This document shows, piece after piece, positions 55,126 through 64,000 of a stretch of 64,000 bases of DNA; the stretch's first letter is position 1; each line of letters opens with the position of its first letter. The notes beneath the pieces were generated by a model. It saw only the letters and a program-made list of their open reading frames with translations. It made no database searches and was not told the DNA's origin. The position numbers and the translations under genes are program-made. The stretch is from a bacterium (lineage in GTDB: Bacteria > Patescibacteriota > Minisyncoccia > UBA6257 > 02-FULL-45-10c), in NCBI GenBank assembly GCA_030700025.1, contig JAUYKI010000017.1, positions 2,748 through 66,747 of the forward strand, given 5' to 3'.

Positions 55126-55253
55126 CGAAGCAACATCTCTTTAAGGGAACATCCCGCAGGCGTATTTTGCTTGGACCACAAAATACGCCGAGGGCGAAGA
55201 AAATCCGGCCGCTGGAGCCGGATTATTCTGTTTCCCAAAAAAGAGATGTTGCT
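55126..55253. repeat. Multi-hairpin palindromic intergenic element (14-bp outer inverted repeat)
   Basis: AGCAACATCTCTTT … AAAGAGATGTTGCT enclosing the hairpins GCGTATTTTG…CAAAATACGC and ATCCGGCcgctggaGCCGGAT. Confidence 0.55.
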
Positions 55254-55325
55254 AAGATCCTTGACGGGGATTTTTTAATGCCATAAAATATACTGGCGTT
55301 CTTTAACAAAGCAACAAGGTAGCCT

Positions 55326-55363
55326 TAAATCCGCTAATAGCGGATTGGGCAAGGGAGACGAAA
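55326..55363 (+). promoter_or_regulatory. Conserved leader hairpin plus Shine-Dalgarno (paralogue of the leader at 35781-35819)
   Basis: TAAATCCGCTAATAGCGGATTGGGCAAGGGAGACGAAA followed by ATG. Confidence 0.5.
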
Positions 55364-56008
55364 ATGCGAAAGATGATTTGTTCGGGCTTGATGGCCACGG
55401 CGTTAGTGGTTTTGTCGGCAGTTCCGGTTTTGGCTAATGACGACGAAGAAGTTTTGTTGGACAGCGAAGATACTTCCAGCACCGAATATACCGGAGTCAG
55501 AGAAATGTCTCTGGGCGCCCGGCTGTTTCCTTACGCGCCTTTGCGCGGCGGCATGGATTTCTTGTGGCGTCCCAAGTGGGGAATTTGCGCGGCCCAGATT
55601 GAAAACATCAATTATACCGCGGAAGTAAATGGCCAGCCGATTCATTGTACCGGCGCTGAACTTCATTTCGGCGGCGGCATCTGGTCCAATATGGAAAAAA
55701 CTAATTGGTGGGGCTATCATATTTATTTCAGCATGGTTTGGCCGCTAACGTGGGTTAGGAACGTTCAGGGTTCGACTAGATTTGCTTTTGGTAATGGAAA
55801 ATCTTTGGGCCTCGGATTGGATTTTTATCCGCGCATTTGGCGGGGTGGAACGATTGTTAGAGGAGATAAATTTGTCAGTTATTTCGCGGACGTTCAAGCG
55901 GCTTCCCGGTTATTGATAGTAGACTGGGGAGGTCAGCACAGCGACCGATTCTCATCTTCTATGTTTAAAAATATCACTTTCCAGGTCGGAGCCAGATACT
56001 GGTTTTAA
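55364..56008 (+). CDS. Secreted protein with a C-terminal aromatic (…ARYWF) beta-barrel-like signature
   Basis: Signal peptide MRKMICSGLMATALVVLSAVPVLA. Alternating hydrophobic pattern in the C-terminal half and a terminal Phe. A terminator hairpin follows at 56028-56058. Confidence 0.5.
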   Translation: MRKMICSGLMATALVVLSAVPVLANDDEEVLLDSEDTSSTEYTGVREMSLGARLFPYAPLRGGMDFLWRPKWGICAAQIENINYTAEVNGQPIHCTGAELHFGGGIWSNMEKTNWWGYHIYFSMVWPLTWVRNVQGSTRFAFGNGKSLGLGLDFYPRIWRGGTIVRGDKFVSYFADVQAASRLLIVDWGGQHSDRFSSSMFKNITFQVGARYWF

Positions 56009-56118
56009 ACTTTAAATAAGCCCCCCGACCCCCATCCTAATGGGGGCTTTGCTTTTTTAGAAGAATAATGTTATTTTATTAACAGTTTTCAGAACTTTAA
56101 AAACTCAAGGAGATAAAA

Positions 56119-57093
56119 ATGAAAACGACAGCGCTGGCGTTGATTTTGCTGGCCGGATCTGCCGGGGCAACAATTGGAACTAATTCCGGATTAACCGCGC
56201 TTTATATTTCTGGCAGTGAAATTTACGTCACGAGCGCTTCGACCAATACCGTAAAAATCTTCCGTTTTTCTCCGCCGTCAACTTTAGCGCAGGTCGGGAT
56301 TCCTGCCTCCACGGATCAGGAACCGGTCTTTATTTCGGTTCCAAACCCCTATGCTTATGTTTTGAATCGGGGAGCCAAGACATTGCAGACCTTTATCGCG
56401 GACGATAATTTCTTATTGCCATTAGGATCGGTTCCGGTCGGATTTAATCCGACTTCGGCCGTGGTTCGGATACCGCATATTCTTATTACTAATTCCGGAT
56501 CTAATTCTTTGCAGGCGCTGGATGTTTCCTGCAATTCCCGCCCGGTAACTATCGGGCGAATTTCTACCGGTTCGGTTCCGACATCGTTATACGCGGAGGG
56601 AAAATATGCTTTTGTGACTTGTTCCGGAGAAGATCTGTATCAGATTTTTAATATCGGCAAATTGCGGTGGGGAATATCATTAACCGGATCAATTAAGACC
56701 GATGAGGGTCCGGTGGCAAGTTATGTGGCGGGTCCGAATGCTTTCGTCATTAATACGATTGCCAATACTCTGCAGGCGTTCAATGTTTCTGATCCGGTGA
56801 AGCCCGCGGAATTAGGCTGGGTTCGCACTAGCGTGGGCCCGATTGCGATTACTGGCAGCGGAAACTTATTATTTGTCGCTTGCCGGTTTTCCAATACTTT
56901 GGAAATTTTTGACGCGTCTAATCCCGCGAAAATGGTTTTGCTTCACGGGATTGGCGTGGATTACGGCCCAACGGCAGTAGCGGTCAATGGCCCCTATGCC
57001 TTTGTGGCTTCCCACAAAATGCTCCAAGTGTTTGACGTTTCCGATCCGCTTCGCAAACCGCCGGTTCTGGTCGCTTCCATTACAGTGAATTAA
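56119..57093 (+). CDS. Secreted LVIVD-repeat beta-propeller protein
   Basis: Signal peptide; repeated blades YAYVLNRGAKTLQTF, NAFVINTIANTLQAFNVSDP, LLFVACRFSNTLEIFDASNP, YAFVASHKMLQVFDVSDP. Terminator at 57103-57135. Confidence 0.7.
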   Translation: MKTTALALILLAGSAGATIGTNSGLTALYISGSEIYVTSASTNTVKIFRFSPPSTLAQVGIPASTDQEPVFISVPNPYAYVLNRGAKTLQTFIADDNFLLPLGSVPVGFNPTSAVVRIPHILITNSGSNSLQALDVSCNSRPVTIGRISTGSVPTSLYAEGKYAFVTCSGEDLYQIFNIGKLRWGISLTGSIKTDEGPVASYVAGPNAFVINTIANTLQAFNVSDPVKPAELGWVRTSVGPIAITGSGNLLFVACRFSNTLEIFDASNPAKMVLLHGIGVDYGPTAVAVNGPYAFVASHKMLQVFDVSDPLRKPPVLVASITVN

Positions 57094-57162
57094 AGTTTAT
57101 TCCCCCTAGACTGCGGTCAGGGGGAATTTTTATTAGGATAGGTTCTTGGTATAATTTAAGTA

Positions 57163-57582
57163 ATGAGAAATGAACGCGGGCAGGTAATGCTCTTAACTGT
57201 TTTGCTTTTATCTGGAACTATTTTAAGCGCCACTACCATTGCCGGCTTATTAATGCTTTATCAAATCCGCCAAGCAACGGATATCGCCAATTCTACCAAA
57301 GCTATTTATGCCGCGGACACGGGGATAGAAAGGCGGGTATATGATATTTTTCTGGATCCGGACGGCCTTTGCAGTTTAAGCGAGCCATCGTTAGACGGCA
57401 CTTTAGACAATGGCGCCGCTTTTCAAGTAGCTTGTGATAAGCAAACTCAGACCAACGCTGATGGCAGCAAAACGGAGACTATCACTATCAGATCTACCGG
57501 CAATGCCAATAAAAATTATCGAGCGCTGGAGACGGTTTTGGCTAGAGATATTCCACCTCCGCCGCCTCCACTGGCGCCTTAA
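57163..57582 (+). CDS. PilX-like minor pilus assembly protein
   Basis: PilX-type N-terminus RGQVMLLTVLLLSGTILSATTIAGLLM; 139 aa with a poly-Pro C-terminus. Confidence 0.5.
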   Translation: MRNERGQVMLLTVLLLSGTILSATTIAGLLMLYQIRQATDIANSTKAIYAADTGIERRVYDIFLDPDGLCSLSEPSLDGTLDNGAAFQVACDKQTQTNADGSKTETITIRSTGNANKNYRALETVLARDIPPPPPPLAP

Positions 57583-57610
57583 TCGCGGGCTATTAACTCA
57601 TAATTTTTAA

Positions 57611-59665
<2,055 letters not shown>

Positions 59666-59723
59666 AATCTTAATTTATGTTAAGATAGACGCAGTTTGAA
59701 CTTTGTCAAAAAGGAGGTGCCTC

Positions 59724-60392
59724 ATGGGCAAGTTGTCCGACCAGGAGCTCGGAAAAATTAGCCGGCGTTTGACGGAGGTCCTCCTCCGTACAGATAAAGG
59801 CCTTTTGAATCCGGAATCGGTCATGATTGGCTTGCAGTTTATTTTGAATGGGCAAGTGAAGCCGGGGATTTACCAGGACGAAGATAGTGGCAATATGTTT
59901 ACCATCCGGGTTAATCACGACCTATCTTTGAAAGAAATGATTAAGCTGGGAGAGTACCAGAAAATTTCCCTGAACCTGTCAGAATTAGCAGTCCGAGCTT
60001 TAACTCAAGGTTATAGCGGTGAAGAAGAAGTGCGCATTCAGCTTTTCCATTTTGGACGGACAATGACTTCGGCTCAGGTTCTGGAAGAGTTGCAAAAGAG
60101 CGGCTGCCGGCCGGCTACGATGGTTGAGTTATTGGCAATTGGCGCCCAGCATCCATTGCGGCAAAAACAGTACCGGATTGCTACGATTGACACCCTGGTT
60201 AAGGTCCGAGTTCTTGATGATCTGGAATTGAGCGAAGCTGGAGACGCGGAGGTTAGCCATACCGAGGCCACGGCTAATATACCCGGAGTTTGCTTGTTTA
60301 CCTCTAAGACTACGGGAGAACGGATTCTCGCGGAGTTTAGCGGATTTTTGCAATGGGCTGGAGACTTCCGGTTTCCCGCCGTCCACCTATAA
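59724..60392 (+). CDS. Hypothetical protein
   Basis: AAAGGAGGTG RBS sits 5 nt before ATG 59724 (the track start at 59703 lacks an RBS). A terminator (ATCCCACCaaacGGTGGGAT followed by a T-run) follows at 60411-60440. Confidence 0.5.
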   Translation: MGKLSDQELGKISRRLTEVLLRTDKGLLNPESVMIGLQFILNGQVKPGIYQDEDSGNMFTIRVNHDLSLKEMIKLGEYQKISLNLSELAVRALTQGYSGEEEVRIQLFHFGRTMTSAQVLEELQKSGCRPATMVELLAIGAQHPLRQKQYRIATIDTLVKVRVLDDLELSEAGDAEVSHTEATANIPGVCLFTSKTTGERILAEFSGFLQWAGDFRFPAVHL

Positions 60393-60479
60393 GTCTATTA
60401 AGACTCTCATCCCACCAAACGGTGGGATTTTTTATTTTCTGGAAAAAGGATTTCTATTGTATTATTAATATAGAATTAT

Positions 60480-60800
60480 ATGGCCGAATTAAGCAAAAAA
60501 ACTTTGGAGCATTTGGCGGAGTTGGCCCGGATTAATTTGAATGAGGAGGCCGCCCAAAAGGGCGAGCCTCGCCCTGGCGAAGCCGGGCGGGAAAAACTGT
60601 TAAATGATTTGCAGATGATTTTGGGGCATTTTGGGGAGTTGCAGGCTTTGGATACTTCAAGCGTCCAGCCAATGACCGGCGGAACTAATTTGGAAAATGT
60701 TTTGCGGAATGACGAAAATGCCACCCAAGACACCGGTAAGGGGCTGGACGCTTTCCCGGAAAATAAAGACGGCTATTTAAAAGTACCGCCCGTATTTTAA
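60480..60800 (+). CDS. gatC: Asp/Glu-tRNA amidotransferase subunit C
   Basis: N-terminal LAELARINLNEEE… and LQ.IL.HF..L..LDTS.V.P pattern. Contains a GC-rich in-frame insert (AAQKGEPRPGEAGREK). Confidence 0.75.
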   Translation: MAELSKKTLEHLAELARINLNEEAAQKGEPRPGEAGREKLLNDLQMILGHFGELQALDTSSVQPMTGGTNLENVLRNDENATQDTGKGLDAFPENKDGYLKVPPVF

Positions 60801-60925
60801 GTAATGAGATACTAATATACTAATATACTAATTCATGCGAATGATACTAATAAAATGCGAATATAAAAGCATTAGTATGCTATTCGTATCATTAGTACCA
60901 TTTGTATATTAGTATCATATTTTTA
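60800..60925. repeat. Palindromic array of TACTAAT/TCGTATCATTAGTA heptamer-type repeats between gatC and gatA
   Basis: The left half (AATGAGATACTAATATACTAATATACTAATTCAT) is the reverse complement of the right half. The same motif occurs upstream of pilA at 44870-44932. Confidence 0.6.
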
Positions 60926-62373
60926 TGCATTTACATGACTTAACTATAAAAAAATTCCACGAAGGTTTGGTGAATAAAGAATTTTCCGCGCATGAAATGG
61001 CGCAGGAAGTTTTTGATTTAATTAAAGCGGAGGATGGAAAAATTCACGCGTATTTAAGTTTGAATGAGCGAATGGCGTTACGGCAAGCGGAAGAAGCCGA
61101 TTTAAAAATTGCCAAAAATGAGCCGGTGGGTTTTTTAACCGGCGCGCTTATGGCGATTAAAGATAATATTTTAATTGAGGGACTGCCGTGCACTTCGGCC
61201 TCTAAAATTTTAGAAAATTATACTGCCAGCTATGACGCAACGGTGATTAAGAAATTAAAATCCAGCGGCGCCGTATTTTTAGGTAAAACTAATATGGATG
61301 AATTCGCCATGGGTTCGTCTACGGAAAATTCCGCATTTGGGCCAACCAAGAATCCCCATGATTTGACTAGAGTTCCGGGGGGATCGTCCGGCGGTTCAGC
61401 AGCGGCAGTGGCCAGTCATATGGCTGTGGCGGCGCTGGGTTCGGACACCGGCGGTTCTATCCGCCAGCCTGCGGCCTTTTGCGGAGTTGTCGGCCTAAAG
61501 CCTACCTATGGCGCGGTTTCCCGTTATGGAGTGACGGCGATGGCTTCCAGCTTGGATCAGATCGGACCCTTTACGAAAACCGTGGAAGACGCGGCGATTT
61601 TATTTAATGAAATAAAAGGAGTGGATGCCATGGATTCCACAAGTTCGCCACAAGCTAGCGAGATTAAAGAAGAAGATTTATTAAAACCCAAGCTGGAAGA
61701 TATTCGAAAATTGCGGATAGGCATTCCGAAAGAATATTTCGTGGAAGGGCTTTCCGCGGAAATTGGCAGCGCCGTAGAAAAAGCCATTCAAGATATTAAA
61801 AGCTTGAAAGTAGAAATCAAAGAAATCAGCCTGCCTCACACGAAATACGCGCTTTCTTGTTATTATATTATTATGCCGGCGGAAGTGAGTTCCAACCTGG
61901 AACGATTTGAGGGGATTCGCTATGGCAGCCGCCAATCGGCGGAAAAATTGATAGATTTATATAAGAAAAATCGGGAAGCCGGATTCGGAGATGAATCCAA
62001 GCGCAGAATTTTATTAGGAACTTTCGTTCTGTCTTCCGGCTACTATGACGCTTATTATGCCAAGGCTCAAAAAGTCAGGCGATTAATTGCCCAAGACTTT
62101 GACCAGGTATTTAAGGAAGTAGATTTGGTGCTGACGCCGGTTACGCCGACTCTGCCGTTTAAGTTCGGAGAAAAAACCGATAATCCATTGGAAATGTATC
62201 TTTCCGACGCGTTTACTATTCCGGTGAACTTAGCCGGTTTGCCGGCGATGTCTTTGCCGGTTAATCAAACTAAAAAAGATAAATTGCCAGTCGGCTTTCA
62301 GCTGATTGGCCGGCATTTTAAAGAGGCGGATATTTTAGGATTAGGGCAGTATTACGAAAAATTATCCCGTTAG
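60925..62373 (+). CDS. gatA: Glu/Asp-tRNA amidotransferase subunit A (amidase signature family)
   Basis: Amidase signature GGSSGGSAAAVA…GSDTGGSIRQPA; 482 aa. The TAG stop lies inside the left arm of a family-C element. Confidence 0.95.
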   Translation: MHLHDLTIKKFHEGLVNKEFSAHEMAQEVFDLIKAEDGKIHAYLSLNERMALRQAEEADLKIAKNEPVGFLTGALMAIKDNILIEGLPCTSASKILENYTASYDATVIKKLKSSGAVFLGKTNMDEFAMGSSTENSAFGPTKNPHDLTRVPGGSSGGSAAAVASHMAVAALGSDTGGSIRQPAAFCGVVGLKPTYGAVSRYGVTAMASSLDQIGPFTKTVEDAAILFNEIKGVDAMDSTSSPQASEIKEEDLLKPKLEDIRKLRIGIPKEYFVEGLSAEIGSAVEKAIQDIKSLKVEIKEISLPHTKYALSCYYIIMPAEVSSNLERFEGIRYGSRQSAEKLIDLYKKNREAGFGDESKRRILLGTFVLSSGYYDAYYAKAQKVRRLIAQDFDQVFKEVDLVLTPVTPTLPFKFGEKTDNPLEMYLSDAFTIPVNLAGLPAMSLPVNQTKKDKLPVGFQLIGRHFKEADILGLGQYYEKLSR

Positions 62374-62485
62374 AAGCCGCGATCGCTTTAATTAATAATA
62401 TTATTTCCATTTATTATGCATGGTCGTTATTATAAAAATATATTACGTAGAATCGCTTTGATCGCGATCTGCTTCTAACGGGATG
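62364..62485. repeat. Family-C palindromic element spanning from the gatA stop codon to the ATG of the next gene
   Basis: ATCCCGTTAGAAGCCGCGATCGC … GATCGCGATCTGCTTCTAACGGGATGG. The TAG at 62371-62373 is the gatA stop; the ATG at 62483 is the downstream start. Confidence 0.7.
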
Positions 62486-63121
62486 GCAAAACCACCAGAA
62501 ACAAGCCCTCCTCCTTCCGGATTAGATTTTATAATCTTAATTTTTCTTTTCATGGCGATCTTGCCTATGATCGGAGGATTTTTGGTTTATTTAGGCGATC
62601 CGAGCGGCTTACTGACCCGGATAAAAGAATTTTTGGCTCCCTACCTGCTTAATAATTTATGGTGGATGAAAATTGTATCGGTTTTAATATCCGGATTATT
62701 CGTCTGGGGAATAGCCCATATTTTATCTAAATTGAATTACGTGAATCTGCGAACCGAACAATTTTTAAATATTTTGGGCAGTTCGGGATTAAGTCGGCGC
62801 CGGTCTTTGCGCGCCTGGAGGCAGATTCAAGCGAGATTGGCGGTTGAAGATCCCCAGCAATGGAAAATAGCTATTTTAGAAGCGGATGAGATTTTAAACG
62901 AAGTTCTAAAATTATCGGGTTATTTGGGAAAAATGGAGGATAAGCTGGATTTAATTACTCCAGCGCAGTTGGCCAGCATTGAAGACATTAAAATAGCGCA
63001 TCGGATTCGTAATCAGATTTCCGGCAGCCCGGCCTTTGAATTATCGCGGGAAGTCGCCGAAAGAACCGCTCATATTTACAGAAGGGCGTTTGTGGAAACG
63101 AATTTAATCCCTCACTCTTGA
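62483..63121 (+). CDS. Membrane protein of unknown function (2 TM helices)
   Basis: 212 aa. The start codon is donated by the family-C right arm, and the C-terminal …IPHS* is encoded by a family-D left arm. Confidence 0.5.
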   Translation: MAKPPETSPPPSGLDFIILIFLFMAILPMIGGFLVYLGDPSGLLTRIKEFLAPYLLNNLWWMKIVSVLISGLFVWGIAHILSKLNYVNLRTEQFLNILGSSGLSRRRSLRAWRQIQARLAVEDPQQWKIAILEADEILNEVLKLSGYLGKMEDKLDLITPAQLASIEDIKIAHRIRNQISGSPAFELSREVAERTAHIYRRAFVETNLIPHS

Positions 63122-63245
63122 AGCGCTGCGATTTCTGAACGCTTGTTGTAATATACTGTTTTTTATCCCCCAGACTTTATTTACGGATATTTAATGCCCC
63201 ATAGAGAAATCAACTAGGCGTTTCGGCGCTTCAAAAGTGAGGGAT
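63107..63245. repeat. Family-D palindromic element (~140 bp)
   Basis: ATCCCTCACTCTTGAAGCGC … GCGCTTCAAAAGTGAGGGAT arms. Confidence 0.65.
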
Positions 63246-63279
63246 AAAAAACTCCGCAATCAGCAGAGTTAGTTGTTAT

Positions 63280-63765
63280 TTATTTCTTGGTTACGGCGAT
63301 CCGAATTTCATTAATAATTAGATAGGTCATAGCGCCGATAAGGCCGGTTAGAAGCCCCTGGCCCAGCTGATTGATGTAAGGATTGCGTTCGCTGCCGGTA
63401 TTGTTTCTGTGAGTCAGCAGGTAGCTTTGGAGCACGCCCTTTTTATTAAAGGTTAATTCCAAATTATAAGTTATAGTATTCTCGGTTTTTTCGGAATAAG
63501 TAAAGCGGCTTTTGGACTTTATGATGCTTCGGGAGAATTTATAGACCCATTTTTCGGAATCTTTATTGGCATGGATTTCAGGATTGCCGGCGATGATTTT
63601 TCGGAGTTCTGGCTGGGCCGGCCGGCCGATATTTTTATCCAAGAGAGCCGTGAGTTCGTTTAATTGGTTTTCGGGATAAAATTGGGCGCCGGAAGTTTTT
63701 ACCGATGCGCAGCTGGACTGGAGAATTAGCAAGAAACTAAGCAGGAGGCGGACGGGATATTTCAC
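63280..63765 (-). CDS. Secreted (possibly lipo-)protein of unknown function
   Basis: MKYPVRLLLSFLLILQSSC signal peptide with a lipobox-like Cys; 161 aa. Confidence 0.5.
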   Translation of the reverse strand: MKYPVRLLLSFLLILQSSCASVKTSGAQFYPENQLNELTALLDKNIGRPAQPELRKIIAGNPEIHANKDSEKWVYKFSRSIIKSKSRFTYSEKTENTITYNLELTFNKKGVLQSYLLTHRNNTGSERNPYINQLGQGLLTGLIGAMTYLIINEIRIAVTKK

Positions 63766-63862
63766 GGCTATCTCCTTTGTCTTTTAAGGTACGAGAGTAT
63801 TATCGTTGATTTTCCGCCGTTGTCAATGTATTATGGATTAGGATTTGAGTATCAAGGCCAAT

Positions 63863-63939
63863 GCGGTGGTAGCTTAGCTGGCTAAAGCGCCTCCCTGTCA
63901 CGGAGGAGATCGCGGGTTCGAGTCCCGTCCACCGCGCCA
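63863..63939 (+). tRNA. tRNA-Asp (anticodon GTC), CCA encoded
   Basis: Acceptor stem GCGGTGG/CCACCGC; anticodon loop CTGTCAC; T-arm CGCGGGTTCGAGTCCCGTC; 3' GCCA. Followed by terminator AAATTGCTGCttcgGCAGCAATTT at 63944-63975. Confidence 0.9.
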
Positions 63940-64000
63940 TGTTAAAATTGCTGCTTCGGCAGCAATTTTAGTTTTACATAAGGACTCGAACCGATGGCCG

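Noticed and set aside
63976-64000. Possible additional tRNA at the window edge (GGACTCGAACCGATGGCCG resembles a minus-strand T-arm)
   Set aside because: Truncated by the window end; it cannot be folded or assigned.

Overview
The window is a gene-dense chromosomal segment of an AT-rich, small-genome bacterium whose content looks like Candidate Phyla Radiation (Patescibacteria); that assignment is inference only.

Main gene blocks:
- Housekeeping core, mostly on the + strand: glyQS, metG, leuS, glmS, ligA, gatC-gatA, guaB, tatD, htrA, a P-type ATPase, an M16 peptidase, an AI-2E transporter, a FadD-like ligase, a MetY/MetB-family PLP enzyme, a LOG-family protein, a BT1 folate/biopterin transporter, and a citrate-synthase + MmgE/PrpD pair.
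- RNA genes: six complete tRNAs, namely Ser-TGA, Ala-GGC, Arg-CCT, Ser-CGA, Ala-TGC and Asp-GTC.
- Pilus/competence block at 36.8-57.6 kb: comFC, pilM/N/O, pilB, pilT, pilC, pilA, pilD, three minor pilins and a PilX-like protein.
- Embedded in that block: three giant secreted proteins built from divergent InlB B-repeat, LVIVD and Kelch-like beta-propeller repeats, plus an LVIVD protein and a beta-barrel-like secreted protein.

The most unusual signal is not a single gene but a dense population of small palindromic repeat elements, in at least four families. Their terminal inverted repeats sit exactly on gene boundaries:
- Family C arms (GGATCCCGTTAGAAG / CTTCTAACGGGATGG) supply the ATG of glyQS, pilB, the DUF11 gene and a membrane-protein gene, and in one copy also the TAG stop of gatA.
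- Family D (ATCCCTCACTCTTGA) supplies an identical C-terminal 'IPHS*' to two unrelated genes.
- Families A and B are roughly 150-290 bp multi-hairpin elements. Between copies, their outer stems and internal hairpins differ while staying complementary.
- GC-rich palindromic blocks and 7-nt tandem repeats are inserted in-frame into essential genes (metG, gatC, leuS, glyQS, glmS, ligA).
- Arrays of the same heptamers fill many intergenic regions.

Other points:
- A 700-bp ORF-free, hairpin-rich region lies between metG and tatD.
- No CRISPR array, transposase, integrase or reverse transcriptase is visible.
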